IMG/VR virus record: IMGVR_UViG_3300045988_072490
Reading direction: 5' to 3' (one strand)
Length of the DNA: 36,675 nucleotides
Origin: a virus
Shown piece after piece: positions 22,504 through 32,610 of the stretch. The translations under genes and the position numbers were made by a program. The notes under the pieces are model-generated. The model searched no databases. It saw only the letters and a list, made by a program, of their open reading frames with translations, and was not told the DNA's origin. How positions within the stretch are numbered: position 1 is the stretch's first letter; each line of letters begins with the position of its first letter.

Positions 22504-24843
22504 ATGATTAAAAAGTATGAGATAATCACAGTAGAAGGCAAGAAGCGCATAAAGGCACTTCGGTCTTTCAGCGTACAGGGCCGTTACGTTAACGTGGGCG
22601 ATGTAGGCGGTATAGTCTATGACGAGAACACATTGTCACAGGAGGGCAACGCGTGGATATTCAGTGGGAACCTTGGCTATCCGTCTATCCGTGTGGGCGG
22701 CGATAGTATTGTAGACACAAATGGCTACGAGGGCGCAGTAACCGACCCGAGACCATTCGTTAACATTACGGGGACTTCCGCACTTATCGGGGCGCATGAC
22801 TTTGTGACGGGCGCACTAGTATCTAGAGAACTCGCAGTAGCGGACGTTGAACAGGGCCATATTAATAATGCGCTGGGCGCCACCTACGAAGAGGGTAAAA
22901 CTAGCAACGCGAATATTATTCGGCTTAAATCTTTGATTTATTCGGGAAAAATCGCAGGTAACATAACGGCATCAGGAAAAGAGTATGAGGTACAGGTGTT
23001 ACGCTACGATGCTAATAAACGCCTTGTTAGCTTTTCTTCGTGGGGGGCTACCGCGGCAATTTCCGGAGCGGACTATATCGGAATTCTAATCCGCAAAACA
23101 CCGTACGCCGCAACGGTTCCGGCGGATATCACGGCCGCTAAAGTGGCGTTACCCGCGCTTTCCATTGAGGCCTACCTGGACATCAACGACAGCCGCCTAG
23201 AGTTTCAGTACACTAGCGCGATGACCGTTGCAACTAAGGTTAATCCGGGGAACGCAACTTCCGGCGTGCCTAAATCGGTCATTGACACAAGTAACGTTAT
23301 TATCAGTAAGACGGGCGGCGGCGGATTCGTGGCTATCATATTTGCGGACGTGGTTAAGTGCGGTGTGGAATGGCGGTTGATTTCGGCGAGGGGTTCCCTG
23401 GTAGGTAACTTTACGAACGTGGAAAGATTAGTGTTAGACGGGTCTACTTTTCTCGCATCAACTACCGCTGTAAAATCTCGTATAATTGCAAAAGATTGCG
23501 GAATATTTTCTATGTCCGCAACCGTGATTCCGGTTAACACAATTAATGATGCGATAGCAGCGAGGATGCCACTTACATTCATCCGTTGTAACGTTGAACA
23601 CGGATTGTTCTACCACAACCCGGTTAACCGCAATGTGTACACGGATATCGACTTTGATAAGGCCCTTACTGATTTGTCCGAACCGTTGGCAAACGATGAC
23701 CTTATTTTAGCTAGCGGGGAAAAGCAGGGAATGTATCGCGTAGTTTCCAAGAGTACGCGCGCTATGGGGCCATTGGTAGAGGACATTCACAGCGTGAAGA
23801 ACCTTAACCTAACCGCCGTAGGGGCTAATACGCAGTCCGTGGAGATTTACAAGGATGCATATTTGGAAGGCGCGTTCACCCTAGAAGGCCCGCAGGTGTA
23901 CGGGGGCTCTTTTGGGCACGACAGAAGCACCGACTTAAAGCCACACATGGTAGCCGCTAGGGGGGCATTCAATACGCAGGAGGTAGGAGAGGTTATCACC
24001 GGAACGGTGGCGAACGAGAACACGATGATTATCGCCACACCTGTACGTGTTAACGGCCTTCACGGCATGGAGATTGACGGCCTCACGGGTTCGGGCGTAA
24101 CCGCTACATTGGCATTTACCGATATACGCGGAAAGATTGCGGCAGTAGACGCACATTCTAACGATGTGTCGAAACTTACGGAAGATGACGTTAAGTTCCA
24201 CCAAGCCTATATCACATTCTCCAAGGTGGGAAGCCCCGTAACAGAGGACGACCTTAAAGGCATAGTTATCCGCACATTCAACGGTTGTAAGGTAGTCAAT
24301 ACGAAAGAGGCCGCCATAGTCGTTAAAGGAAACATAAGGGTAGAGGATAACGCCGCGGTGTACGATTCTTCAATAAGCGGTTCCGGGTATTTCGGAGGGA
24401 ACTCCGTTACCGAGAATGCAAACGTAAACGGTAGCATGCTAATCAAGGACAACGCGGTATTTGCGCCCGTGGCGGAGGAAAATAAATCCGACAGTTATAT
24501 ATACCTAGAGGACCGTGCGAGATTTCTAGCGACGTCCAGGGCGGACGCAAACACCGTAATAATGAAAGAGGGCGCGGTTTTTTCGGGCCGTAAAGTTAGC
24601 TCTACGGTAGCTTTAATTATGAGAGATAACGCGCGATGTGAGGGCGGTATATCGGGAAGCGGTGTATTAACGATGAATGGTGATTCCCACGTATCGGCGG
24701 GTTCCCTATCGGCGAACGGGGACATAACCGTTACAGGGAGATACAAACAGACAGCCGCGCGGGTTTTCTATGGAAAACGCGTTATATCGGATGAATCGGA
24801 GCCTACATACGACAATAACGTAAAGACGCAATATGACTTTTAA
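22504..24843 (+). CDS. Beta-helix repeat protein, tail fibre/spike-like (779 aa)
   Basis: Long runs of short G/N/V/S-rich repeats (e.g. NIRVEDNAAVYDSSISGSGYFGGNSVTENANVNGSMLIKDNAVF...) typical of parallel beta-helix tail proteins. Confidence 0.55.
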   Translation: MIKKYEIITVEGKKRIKALRSFSVQGRYVNVGDVGGIVYDENTLSQEGNAWIFSGNLGYPSIRVGGDSIVDTNGYEGAVTDPRPFVNITGTSALIGAHDFVTGALVSRELAVADVEQGHINNALGATYEEGKTSNANIIRLKSLIYSGKIAGNITASGKEYEVQVLRYDANKRLVSFSSWGATAAISGADYIGILIRKTPYAATVPADITAAKVALPALSIEAYLDINDSRLEFQYTSAMTVATKVNPGNATSGVPKSVIDTSNVIISKTGGGGFVAIIFADVVKCGVEWRLISARGSLVGNFTNVERLVLDGSTFLASTTAVKSRIIAKDCGIFSMSATVIPVNTINDAIAARMPLTFIRCNVEHGLFYHNPVNRNVYTDIDFDKALTDLSEPLANDDLILASGEKQGMYRVVSKSTRAMGPLVEDIHSVKNLNLTAVGANTQSVEIYKDAYLEGAFTLEGPQVYGGSFGHDRSTDLKPHMVAARGAFNTQEVGEVITGTVANENTMIIATPVRVNGLHGMEIDGLTGSGVTATLAFTDIRGKIAAVDAHSNDVSKLTEDDVKFHQAYITFSKVGSPVTEDDLKGIVIRTFNGCKVVNTKEAAIVVKGNIRVEDNAAVYDSSISGSGYFGGNSVTENANVNGSMLIKDNAVFAPVAEENKSDSYIYLEDRARFLATSRADANTVIMKEGAVFSGRKVSSTVALIMRDNARCEGGISGSGVLTMNGDSHVSAGSLSANGDITVTGRYKQTAARVFYGKRVISDESEPTYDNNVKTQYDF

Positions 24844-25231
24844 AGGGATATTAGATGAAGTATCAACATGGGCGGGCCGGCACGGCCTACCCGTGTTTTT
24901 CGGAGATGAGTACACCCGCAATGTTCTAGCGAACCAAATTACGGGTGACTTCGTTTTCGTGGATGTACCCGGAGGGATACAGACATACTCCGATTTGGCA
25001 CCCGAACCGCTCGGGGTATCGGTACTTATCCAAGTGCTGGGAACGTCTTTCTATCTCCGTGACGATGCGGCGGAAATAGAAGTCCTAGACAGGACTTTCA
25101 CCGCTATCACAGACATTGCCAAGCAGGCGGGGTGTAATTACGTTAGCGGGGCTGCAAATGTCGTCAAACGGCAGAATATTTACGATAGTCCTAAATCGGG
25201 GTGGGAAATAACTATTAATATATCCGAGTAA
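24833..25231 (+). CDS. Small virion-assembly protein candidate (132 aa)
   Basis: Coupled ORF in the structural block; function assigned by position only. Confidence 0.5.
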   Translation: MTFKGILDEVSTWAGRHGLPVFFGDEYTRNVLANQITGDFVFVDVPGGIQTYSDLAPEPLGVSVLIQVLGTSFYLRDDAAEIEVLDRTFTAITDIAKQAGCNYVSGAANVVKRQNIYDSPKSGWEITINISE

Positions 25232-25677
25232 TGGCAAAGAATCCGATAACACAGATTGAAGTGCTGCTAACCAAGCTACGCGACGATATCGAACAATCGT
25301 ACATACAGAAGGGCCTGATAGCTTCCGGTAACTTCGGACGCGAGCTGAAACTTACCGTAAGTGGCAACAACGCGAAGATAACCGCACCGCGCTATGTCGG
25401 CGCAATGGAGGGAGGACGTTCCCCCGGAAGGCGCCCGCCGTTATCAGTCATCAAGCGTTGGATAGAAGACAAGAACCGTAGAGGGGCGAACATACCGATA
25501 GAAGCCGCCTATCCTATCGCAAAGATGATAGGCGAGGAGGGAATAAAGGTTCCCAACGACCACAACCCCGGCGGCGTGGTGTCGGATGTGCTAAACCCGG
25601 CCAGGGTACTGTCATTGCAGAATGACATTATAACGATAATACGATATGCGATTATTGACACATTAAAAATTGAATAA
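25231..25677 (+). CDS. Small virion-assembly protein candidate (148 aa)
   Basis: TAATG coupling on both sides; function assigned by position only. Confidence 0.5.
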   Translation: MAKNPITQIEVLLTKLRDDIEQSYIQKGLIASGNFGRELKLTVSGNNAKITAPRYVGAMEGGRSPGRRPPLSVIKRWIEDKNRRGANIPIEAAYPIAKMIGEEGIKVPNDHNPGGVVSDVLNPARVLSLQNDIITIIRYAIIDTLKIE

Positions 25678-28286
25678 TGAAAGTATATTTACCCATAATC
25701 GACGAGACGCTAGTGAGTAGCGTGTCAATTGAAGAATCCAACTTCTATTTGCAACCTATCCCGGTATGGCCTACACGGTCGTACACGATTACCATTACAC
25801 CGGAAAGTCCCGCACAGGACGTGGGAATATCTATTCTGCAAGGCGGCGTTAACAAGTTCCTAAAGAATATCCCGTATTCACCGAAGATTGAGTTTGATTT
25901 GTCAATAGCGGGCACAATAATAAATCCGTTAACGCGTGACCGATCATTGGTAAATGGCGGAGGTAACGATTTAGGTCTAATCACTATATCGCACAATAGC
26001 AAATATTGTTTACTTATTTTGTTTAACGCGGATGTTCCCGTGCATATGATGCCCGCGATAGGCGGAACCAATTTCAAGTTCCCGGTAAAGCCGAGAATCC
26101 CCGGACAGCCATACGACATTATTATGCCGTCTTTGTCGTGGGAAGACAACGGGCTGACTAGCTACGACATCACATGTGAACCCGTGGACGATTACCACGG
26201 TGCGCACGTGTTCCCCACGAAGTATTTCCTAGGCAGTACGATAGATATCAGGTTCATCAAGAAATTAACCGTCAAAAGCCCGAAAACTGGCGATACGGTA
26301 GCCGTAGCCGAGTATGAAAATAAGTTGCCGCAAGCCGTAGCGAACGACGACCAAATGTTATGCGCCGCGCGCCTACGTTGGAATATGCGTAACGGGCAAT
26401 GGTTTTGGTATGCGTTTAAGGACTACTTTTGGAACGAGGGCTTCACTTATATGCGTGGTTTGGGCGGCGCGTCCGAGCAGGGCATTCTGACTATCAACGT
26501 AGCGTATGCAAAGGAATTTTATCCGGCATTCCAAGAGTTGTTAGTTTCGTCAAATATCGAATTGACGCTTCCGAAACAGTCCCCCACAATAGACGAGGAA
26601 CAACGATATAAAATGGAGGTTACCAGCGACACGGGCGCCCGGTGGAGCGGCTCGGAACGTGTGTACCGCCAACAGATTACATTGCGTACTATCGGCTTTA
26701 TGGATAACTATATACCGCCCGCTGAACCGGACGCGCCCGGCATTCTCCCGGCAGCGTTTACCGCTACTCCGTATGAGCAGTCGTACCCGTATGAGCAGTC
26801 GTACCCGTATGAGCAGTCGTACCCGTACTATGCCGATATAAATGCGTTAACCAACGTTACTAGTAATGTCAGGTGGGACATGGTTCCGCAGGCTGATTGG
26901 CTGATAATAGATGACCCGGCAAACGGAAAGGGCAGCATAGGACGTACACAGGTAGTAACTAGACGTAGGTTGAACCCTAGCACGGCACCCCGGACGGGAT
27001 ACTATCATTTCTTCAAGGAGGGAACGACCGAGCAGATAGGCGGAATAAAGATAAATCAGAACGGGGCGCCCGCAGTGAACGCCACGCCTAAGTTTTTGCC
27101 GATATCATCCGGGGGAGAATCAAAGTCCTTTACGGTGAGTTGCGCAACCGCCGGAGTGGGGAAATTAAAGGTTACTAATATGTCAGGCGCTAGTGGGGCA
27201 TGGGTTAATCTAGACGCTAGCCAATTGGAGCAAAACGGAGGAGATGTGTATGTGAACCCGGCGAATAATTTGCCGGAAACCGGAGGCGTTCCGCGCTCGT
27301 GCATTATCCGCACTACACACGACATCACCGGACAAATAGCGGATGTGAATGCCATGCAGTACGTAAATTGCCCTCTTGACAGATACCCGAACGATTTCAA
27401 ATGGGCGGGCAAAGGTATGTATGCATATGACGGAAATGCACATAATGATAATGAGTTTACCTTCACTTCCGGAATACCGTATACCGATATGGTCGCGGAA
27501 TGTAATTGTAGCTACGTAACTAATATTAGAATAGTACGTGCAGCACCTAACATTAAGCTAGTGTTTAATTTGGCGCAAAACGCGGGCCCCGGGGCAAACG
27601 CTGATAGATTTGCGCGTATCAACATCAAGCACGTACCCACCAGGAAAATATTGGGAACCTTAGTGATACTCCAACGCGCCTACAGCAATGCGCCTACTAA
27701 TTACGTGCATGCTAATTGGGACGCAGTAGAGGCAGGAGAAGGAAGTATGCATTCCTTTGAGTTGGTAACGGCTGCACCTATGGTGCCTAGCCTTAAACCG
27801 CCGTCGCTGGCTAAGGCCTACAATATTGACAGTCTCACCGTTAGCGGTGTGCAACTTAATAAGTTCCGCGTTATGCTAGATTGGAATCCCCGTCTGACCC
27901 GAACTGTCAATATACCGATGAGCGTTACGGGGGCTTCGGGGAACGCCCCTATTATACAGTATTCCAACGTTGACGCTATGGCAATATTATCTAATCAGAT
28001 TTGGGACCGCTTATCGCCCGTGTGGGTGTTGAGTGCAGCCAACGAACGAACCGCAGAAATAGCGGTACAGGCGCAAAAGCTAAAACAACGTGATGAGATA
28101 TCGTTCTTCCGGCTTGACAGTTGGGTAACACTAGAATCAACCAGGATAGACCCTAATAACGAATATATTAGAAAGTTCAATTTGCGGATAGCGGCCAATA
28201 CGACAGGCGCGGCACGGGGTACGGAAATTAGGTTCCAAAGACCGGGGATATCTGATATAATTATACGAATCGAACAAGCAGGGTAA
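25677..28286 (+). CDS. Large virion protein with several BACON-like (Ig-like) modules, candidate receptor-binding/tail protein (869 aa)
   Basis: Repeated module ends fit the BACON pattern W...W...N...R.a.I...Q (from memory): RTGYYHFF...IKINQNG, RSCIIRT...VNAMQY, RFARINIKH...LVILQRA and SWVTLES...AANTTGAARGTEIRF...IIRIEQAG. Confidence 0.6.
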   Translation: MKVYLPIIDETLVSSVSIEESNFYLQPIPVWPTRSYTITITPESPAQDVGISILQGGVNKFLKNIPYSPKIEFDLSIAGTIINPLTRDRSLVNGGGNDLGLITISHNSKYCLLILFNADVPVHMMPAIGGTNFKFPVKPRIPGQPYDIIMPSLSWEDNGLTSYDITCEPVDDYHGAHVFPTKYFLGSTIDIRFIKKLTVKSPKTGDTVAVAEYENKLPQAVANDDQMLCAARLRWNMRNGQWFWYAFKDYFWNEGFTYMRGLGGASEQGILTINVAYAKEFYPAFQELLVSSNIELTLPKQSPTIDEEQRYKMEVTSDTGARWSGSERVYRQQITLRTIGFMDNYIPPAEPDAPGILPAAFTATPYEQSYPYEQSYPYEQSYPYYADINALTNVTSNVRWDMVPQADWLIIDDPANGKGSIGRTQVVTRRRLNPSTAPRTGYYHFFKEGTTEQIGGIKINQNGAPAVNATPKFLPISSGGESKSFTVSCATAGVGKLKVTNMSGASGAWVNLDASQLEQNGGDVYVNPANNLPETGGVPRSCIIRTTHDITGQIADVNAMQYVNCPLDRYPNDFKWAGKGMYAYDGNAHNDNEFTFTSGIPYTDMVAECNCSYVTNIRIVRAAPNIKLVFNLAQNAGPGANADRFARINIKHVPTRKILGTLVILQRAYSNAPTNYVHANWDAVEAGEGSMHSFELVTAAPMVPSLKPPSLAKAYNIDSLTVSGVQLNKFRVMLDWNPRLTRTVNIPMSVTGASGNAPIIQYSNVDAMAILSNQIWDRLSPVWVLSAANERTAEIAVQAQKLKQRDEISFFRLDSWVTLESTRIDPNNEYIRKFNLRIAANTTGAARGTEIRFQRPGISDIIIRIEQAG
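26769..26828 (+). repeat. 18-bp in-frame tandem repeat CCGTATGAGCAGTCGTAC, 3 exact copies plus a partial (PYEQSY x3)
   Basis: Read directly at 26769-26786, 26787-26804 and 26805-26822, with a partial copy at 26823-26828. Confidence 0.95.
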
Positions 28287-28288
28287 AA

Positions 28289-30025
28289 ATGGATACAGTA
28301 AAGTTAAAGATTAACGGAAATTACGTGGAGGGCCTTTTGAGGTCCTCTGTAAAACTCACAGTCAATAATATATCACCCGTCACAATGACAGGTGACAGTG
28401 TGGCGTTCTCGGCCACTATCAAGGTACCGAGGACCCTCAACAATGACCGTACATTTGTGAACTTACAGAAGGGGCTCCATGAGTGCGTATTCTACGACTG
28501 TCAATTACTCGTGTATGGGCTTCCGTTCCAATACATGGGGTATGATGTGGAGTTCTACGCCAAAGTATCATACAACGGCGGGAATTACTCTATATCGCTA
28601 GTCGAGAATACGCAGAAGTGGAGCGACGAAGAAATACGGATACAGCACAAGTTAGAGCAGGTAGAACAGATGTTTGCCGGGTGGCTGAATGCGTCACGTG
28701 TTGTCAACCTTGAAAAGATTATCAACGACCATATCACATGGAAGGAAGGCAAATTTCCGGTTCTCACCCCGAAGAACAACGAAGGTTCCACGATACCCGA
28801 ACCGATAGATGCGGCGCTATTAAAGCCCACTATTATGATATTCCGGTCGTCCATAGTATGGGATAATGATGTAGCATCCGGAAATATGACTTTAGTACCT
28901 AAGGAGTACACGAAAGGCCGGGGCGGCTATATTTATCCGGACATTGCGCAGGTAGTAATATCCGATACTATGAAAGCCTTGTATGCCACCCTTTTCGGTC
29001 CAGCCCCCAGAGGACAAAACCCCGGATTCAATATCCGGTCGGGCGTAGGGCGCGATATCCGTATGATAGTGGAGTACACAGGAACTACCATTCCTAGCAC
29101 GTTGCCGGAACTGCACATAGTAGCGGAATCCACCAATTTAACGGAGTGCATTCTATACGCCCGTTCAAGACTGACCGACCGTATATGGCTATATGTATCG
29201 CCACTTGATTCCGTGGCGTTCGTCACGCCTACGAGCGACAAGTATATGATATTGAAAGGGCTGATAGGCGGGGTCAAGCAGTCGTGCTTCAAATTTCCGA
29301 ACGGATACGCGCCGGAAGAGCTAATAGATATGGGCGAAGGGAAAGCGGAAGTACTGACAGCATACAGACCCGCAGCCGGAACAATAGTAACCGGAACGGG
29401 GTTCCCGTATTCGGACGTCAAAAAAATGGTGGATGACCTGTGTACGGCGTTCCATTGGCGGAAGCAGTGGCGGAACAAGACGCTAAGTATTGAGCCAATC
29501 ATACACCCGTCAATACGCGACCGAAAAAATGACAGGCATAAATACATAGTTGATTGGAGCGATAGGTTTTCCGGAGTGGACACGATAGAAGTTCCGGATG
29601 AGTTTGCCGACCAACTTGTAACGCAGGTGGGAGACGTAAAGTACAGTTACTCGATAGGCCCCGGAACGCTTAATCCTGTGAAGGACGCATATAAATCCGG
29701 CTTGCCATTTGCGTATAACTTTATGGCATTTCCGAAAGTCGCGCTAACATCCAAGTTCACAACAGGCGGAACCGCTACGTATGTGACTGCACTAGAGGAC
29801 ATTTATAGGATGTATATAAAGAGACACTTCAAGTTATTTGCGCCTAGAATTCAAGTTAAGATAAAGGCCCGGTTAAGCTACCAGGACGTAATTAACTTAA
29901 AGTTGGACAGGGCGTATTACTTTTCGCAGTTGGGAGGGTATTTTTACATAAAATCCCTAGGCGAATATGATGTAGCTAAAGGCGATTGCAAGCTATCTTT
30001 GTACAAATTGGATTTAACTAATTAG
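28289..30025 (+). CDS. Virion structural protein, tail/baseplate-like (578 aa)
   Basis: Large ORF between the BACON-like protein and the tape-measure-like protein; no motif recognised. Confidence 0.5.
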   Translation: MDTVKLKINGNYVEGLLRSSVKLTVNNISPVTMTGDSVAFSATIKVPRTLNNDRTFVNLQKGLHECVFYDCQLLVYGLPFQYMGYDVEFYAKVSYNGGNYSISLVENTQKWSDEEIRIQHKLEQVEQMFAGWLNASRVVNLEKIINDHITWKEGKFPVLTPKNNEGSTIPEPIDAALLKPTIMIFRSSIVWDNDVASGNMTLVPKEYTKGRGGYIYPDIAQVVISDTMKALYATLFGPAPRGQNPGFNIRSGVGRDIRMIVEYTGTTIPSTLPELHIVAESTNLTECILYARSRLTDRIWLYVSPLDSVAFVTPTSDKYMILKGLIGGVKQSCFKFPNGYAPEELIDMGEGKAEVLTAYRPAAGTIVTGTGFPYSDVKKMVDDLCTAFHWRKQWRNKTLSIEPIIHPSIRDRKNDRHKYIVDWSDRFSGVDTIEVPDEFADQLVTQVGDVKYSYSIGPGTLNPVKDAYKSGLPFAYNFMAFPKVALTSKFTTGGTATYVTALEDIYRMYIKRHFKLFAPRIQVKIKARLSYQDVINLKLDRAYYFSQLGGYFYIKSLGEYDVAKGDCKLSLYKLDLTN

Positions 30026-30028
30026 AGT

Positions 30029-32542
30029 ATGGCAGACCAAGTAACATTATTAGACTTAAATTTTGGAACGTCAGAGGCCGAGAAGGGCCTCGACGCTCTG
30101 ATAGCAAAGAGTATAGCGCTTGCAAAGACCAAAAAAGATTTACAAGCCGCATATAACACTGAAAAATCAGCTCTTGACGCTCTGAATCAAAACTACGCGG
30201 ACGGCCTTGTATCACAAGACAAGTACGAGGCGTCAGTTAGTAAGCTGAACAAGGAAATGATAGAGACTAAAAAAGCTCTATTAGACAATGCTAACGCGCA
30301 GAAGGAGAACAACGCCGAGATTAAGAGTACCAAGACTTTGTTAGACAGCGAGGCCACGAGCGTTAACGCGCTCCGTGCGCAGCTGGCGCAGAACACCGCG
30401 GAACTTAACAAGATGTCCGAGGCGCAGCGCACTACTAGTAAGGAGGGCGTAGAACTCACAGAGCAAACCAAAGCCCTATCCGACAAACTGAAAGAGCTAG
30501 AGAAGTCCGTAGGGGACAACCGTAGAAATGTGGGTAACTATGCGGAAAGTGTCAAGGAAGGAATTTTGCAAACGCAGGGTCTATCCGGCGGAACGGGCGC
30601 GCTAGTGGGCGCGATGAAAAGCGGTATAACAGGTGTGCAGGCGTTCAATGCCGCATTGAAAGCGAACCCGATTCTATTTATAGTTACGACCGTGTTAACG
30701 CTTATCGGGCTGATTGAAAAGATGATTAAGCGTAACAGCGACTTATCAACTAGCCTAAAGGCGGCTTTTGCGCCGTTCCAAACAATTATAGGGCGGTTGC
30801 TGGACTACATAACGGAGTTGTTCACGGCACTTGCAAAGGCCTTTGAATGGCTGGCTGAGAAAATAACGTGGCTACTCAATAAGATAGGGCTTATATCGGA
30901 CGCCACATTAGAGGCCGCCAGGAGTGCCAGCGCTCTAGAGAAGGAGATGCAGCGCATATACAAGGCGGAAACAGATATGCTCGTACCTATGGCACGGTTG
31001 AAAAGGGAAATGGAGGAACTGAAGACCCTAGCCGCCGACCAAAACAAGAGTACCGAGGAGCGGCGGAAGCTTCTAGAGCAGGCTACCGAGAAACTGCACG
31101 CTATGCGGGACATGGAGGTACAGATACTAGAAGCCAAGTACAATCAAATTAAAGCCCAAAATGAGTTGGGATACACATCAGACGAGGACGCCCGGAAGGA
31201 GCAGGAAGCCCTAGCGGCACTAGAGCAGGCCCGCGCCAATTACGCCACACAGGAGAAAGAAATATACGGGCAATTGACGGGATACGAAAAAGCGGATGCG
31301 GCAGCCAGACAGGCTAACATTAAGGCAGCGCTAGACGCCCGGAAGAAAGCAGCAGAGGACGCAGAGAAGGCCGAAATTGATGCGGCCAAACGTGCAGCGG
31401 ACGAGAAGGCTAAAGCACAGCAAGCCATATTGAATCAGTACGCGGACGCTATCGAGGCTATGCAATTGCAGATTGCCGAGAACGAATTGAAGAATGGCGC
31501 GGCAACACTGGAAGAACAACAGCGGGTTATCAACGCACAGATTGAGGCGGAAAAGTACAAGAGGCAGCAAAACCTAATTGGAGAGCAAGAATACCTCAAC
31601 AACGTGAAGGCCCTGCAACTAGAGTTTGCCGCGTCAGTGAAGGCCGAGGAGGACGCACGGATGCAGGCAGACCGGGACCGTAAGGCAATGGAGATTGAGA
31701 ACCAAAGACAGCTAGACGATATCAAGTTAGGTAACTCTCTAGAGGCTGACCTTATCCGGCTGAACATGAAGAGGGACGCGGAGGTAGCCGCAGCCGAGGC
31801 GATAGGAGCCGAGACGGACAGCATATATGAGCGTTACGAACTTATCAAGGAACAGAGGGAAAGAGCCGCAGCGAATGCGCGTGTAGCTTTGGCGGGCGAT
31901 GTAGCTGGGCAATTGTCCACGCTATTAGGCGAAGAATCCGCAGCGGGTAAGGCCGCCGCGATAGTGCAGGCCACTATCAACACATATCTAGGCGCTACCA
32001 AGGCATTGGCACAGGGTGGTTTTCTAGGGATTGCGCAGGCAGCGATAGTAGTCGCCGCCGGCATGAAGCAAGTAATGAGCATTACGAAAACCAAGGAGCC
32101 AGATACCAAGGTACGCACCCCGTCAGCGAAGTACGCGAAGGGTGGACAGATTTACGGCCCTAGCCATTCCGCCGGGGGTGTAACGTTCGTAGGCTCCAAC
32201 GGGCAACGATTCGAGGCCGAAGGAGGCGAGAACATGTATATTCTTAACCGGAAGGCTTCCGGAGCGATTAACGCGCTTTCCGCGCTTAATATGGAGTATG
32301 GCGGGCGTTCTTTCGGTTCTTCCGGTGTGTACCGTTACGCGAACGGCGGGAAAATTTCGGTAGGTTCAAATGGTACGATTAAGATGCCTTCAAATTTCGC
32401 CCTATCTGACGACAGCCTGTACAAGTTAGCCGCGATTATGTACGATTCGGTAGCACGCGTTCCGGCGCCGCAGGTCGCAGTGACGGACATAAACGAGGAA
32501 TCCGAGCGCTCACAGAGCGTACAGGTGGCGGCAGGCATATAA
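30029..32542 (+). CDS. Tape-measure-like protein (or internal/ejection protein), 837 aa
   Basis: Very long coiled-coil Ala/Glu/Lys/Gln-rich sequence with hydrophobic segments (ILFIVTTVLTLIGLI, GFLGIAQAAIVVAAGM) and a Gly-rich C-terminus. Confidence 0.55.
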   Translation: MADQVTLLDLNFGTSEAEKGLDALIAKSIALAKTKKDLQAAYNTEKSALDALNQNYADGLVSQDKYEASVSKLNKEMIETKKALLDNANAQKENNAEIKSTKTLLDSEATSVNALRAQLAQNTAELNKMSEAQRTTSKEGVELTEQTKALSDKLKELEKSVGDNRRNVGNYAESVKEGILQTQGLSGGTGALVGAMKSGITGVQAFNAALKANPILFIVTTVLTLIGLIEKMIKRNSDLSTSLKAAFAPFQTIIGRLLDYITELFTALAKAFEWLAEKITWLLNKIGLISDATLEAARSASALEKEMQRIYKAETDMLVPMARLKREMEELKTLAADQNKSTEERRKLLEQATEKLHAMRDMEVQILEAKYNQIKAQNELGYTSDEDARKEQEALAALEQARANYATQEKEIYGQLTGYEKADAAARQANIKAALDARKKAAEDAEKAEIDAAKRAADEKAKAQQAILNQYADAIEAMQLQIAENELKNGAATLEEQQRVINAQIEAEKYKRQQNLIGEQEYLNNVKALQLEFAASVKAEEDARMQADRDRKAMEIENQRQLDDIKLGNSLEADLIRLNMKRDAEVAAAEAIGAETDSIYERYELIKEQRERAAANARVALAGDVAGQLSTLLGEESAAGKAAAIVQATINTYLGATKALAQGGFLGIAQAAIVVAAGMKQVMSITKTKEPDTKVRTPSAKYAKGGQIYGPSHSAGGVTFVGSNGQRFEAEGGENMYILNRKASGAINALSALNMEYGGRSFGSSGVYRYANGGKISVGSNGTIKMPSNFALSDDSLYKLAAIMYDSVARVPAPQVAVTDINEESERSQSVQVAAGI

Positions 32543-32581
32543 TTGATAGGTAAATAACCCCTTAAATGTAATTTAATATCA

Positions 32582-32589
32582 TAACTTTG
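32582..32589 (+). promoter_or_regulatory. Candidate -7 box TAACTTTG upstream of the head genes
   Basis: Exact TAnnTTTG match 21 nt upstream of ATG 32611 in a 68-nt intergenic gap. No clear -33 element. Confidence 0.35.
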
Positions 32590-32610
32590 TAACGCAATTA
32601 ACATAACTAC

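Noticed and set aside
26659-26841. Internal + strand ORFs in alternative frames (26659..26841, 26429..26611, 16046..16228, 7571..7771, 719..910)
   Set aside because: They are embedded in long, well-supported genes and have Arg-rich or repeat-derived junk sequence (e.g. MSSRTR x3 from the PYEQSY repeat).
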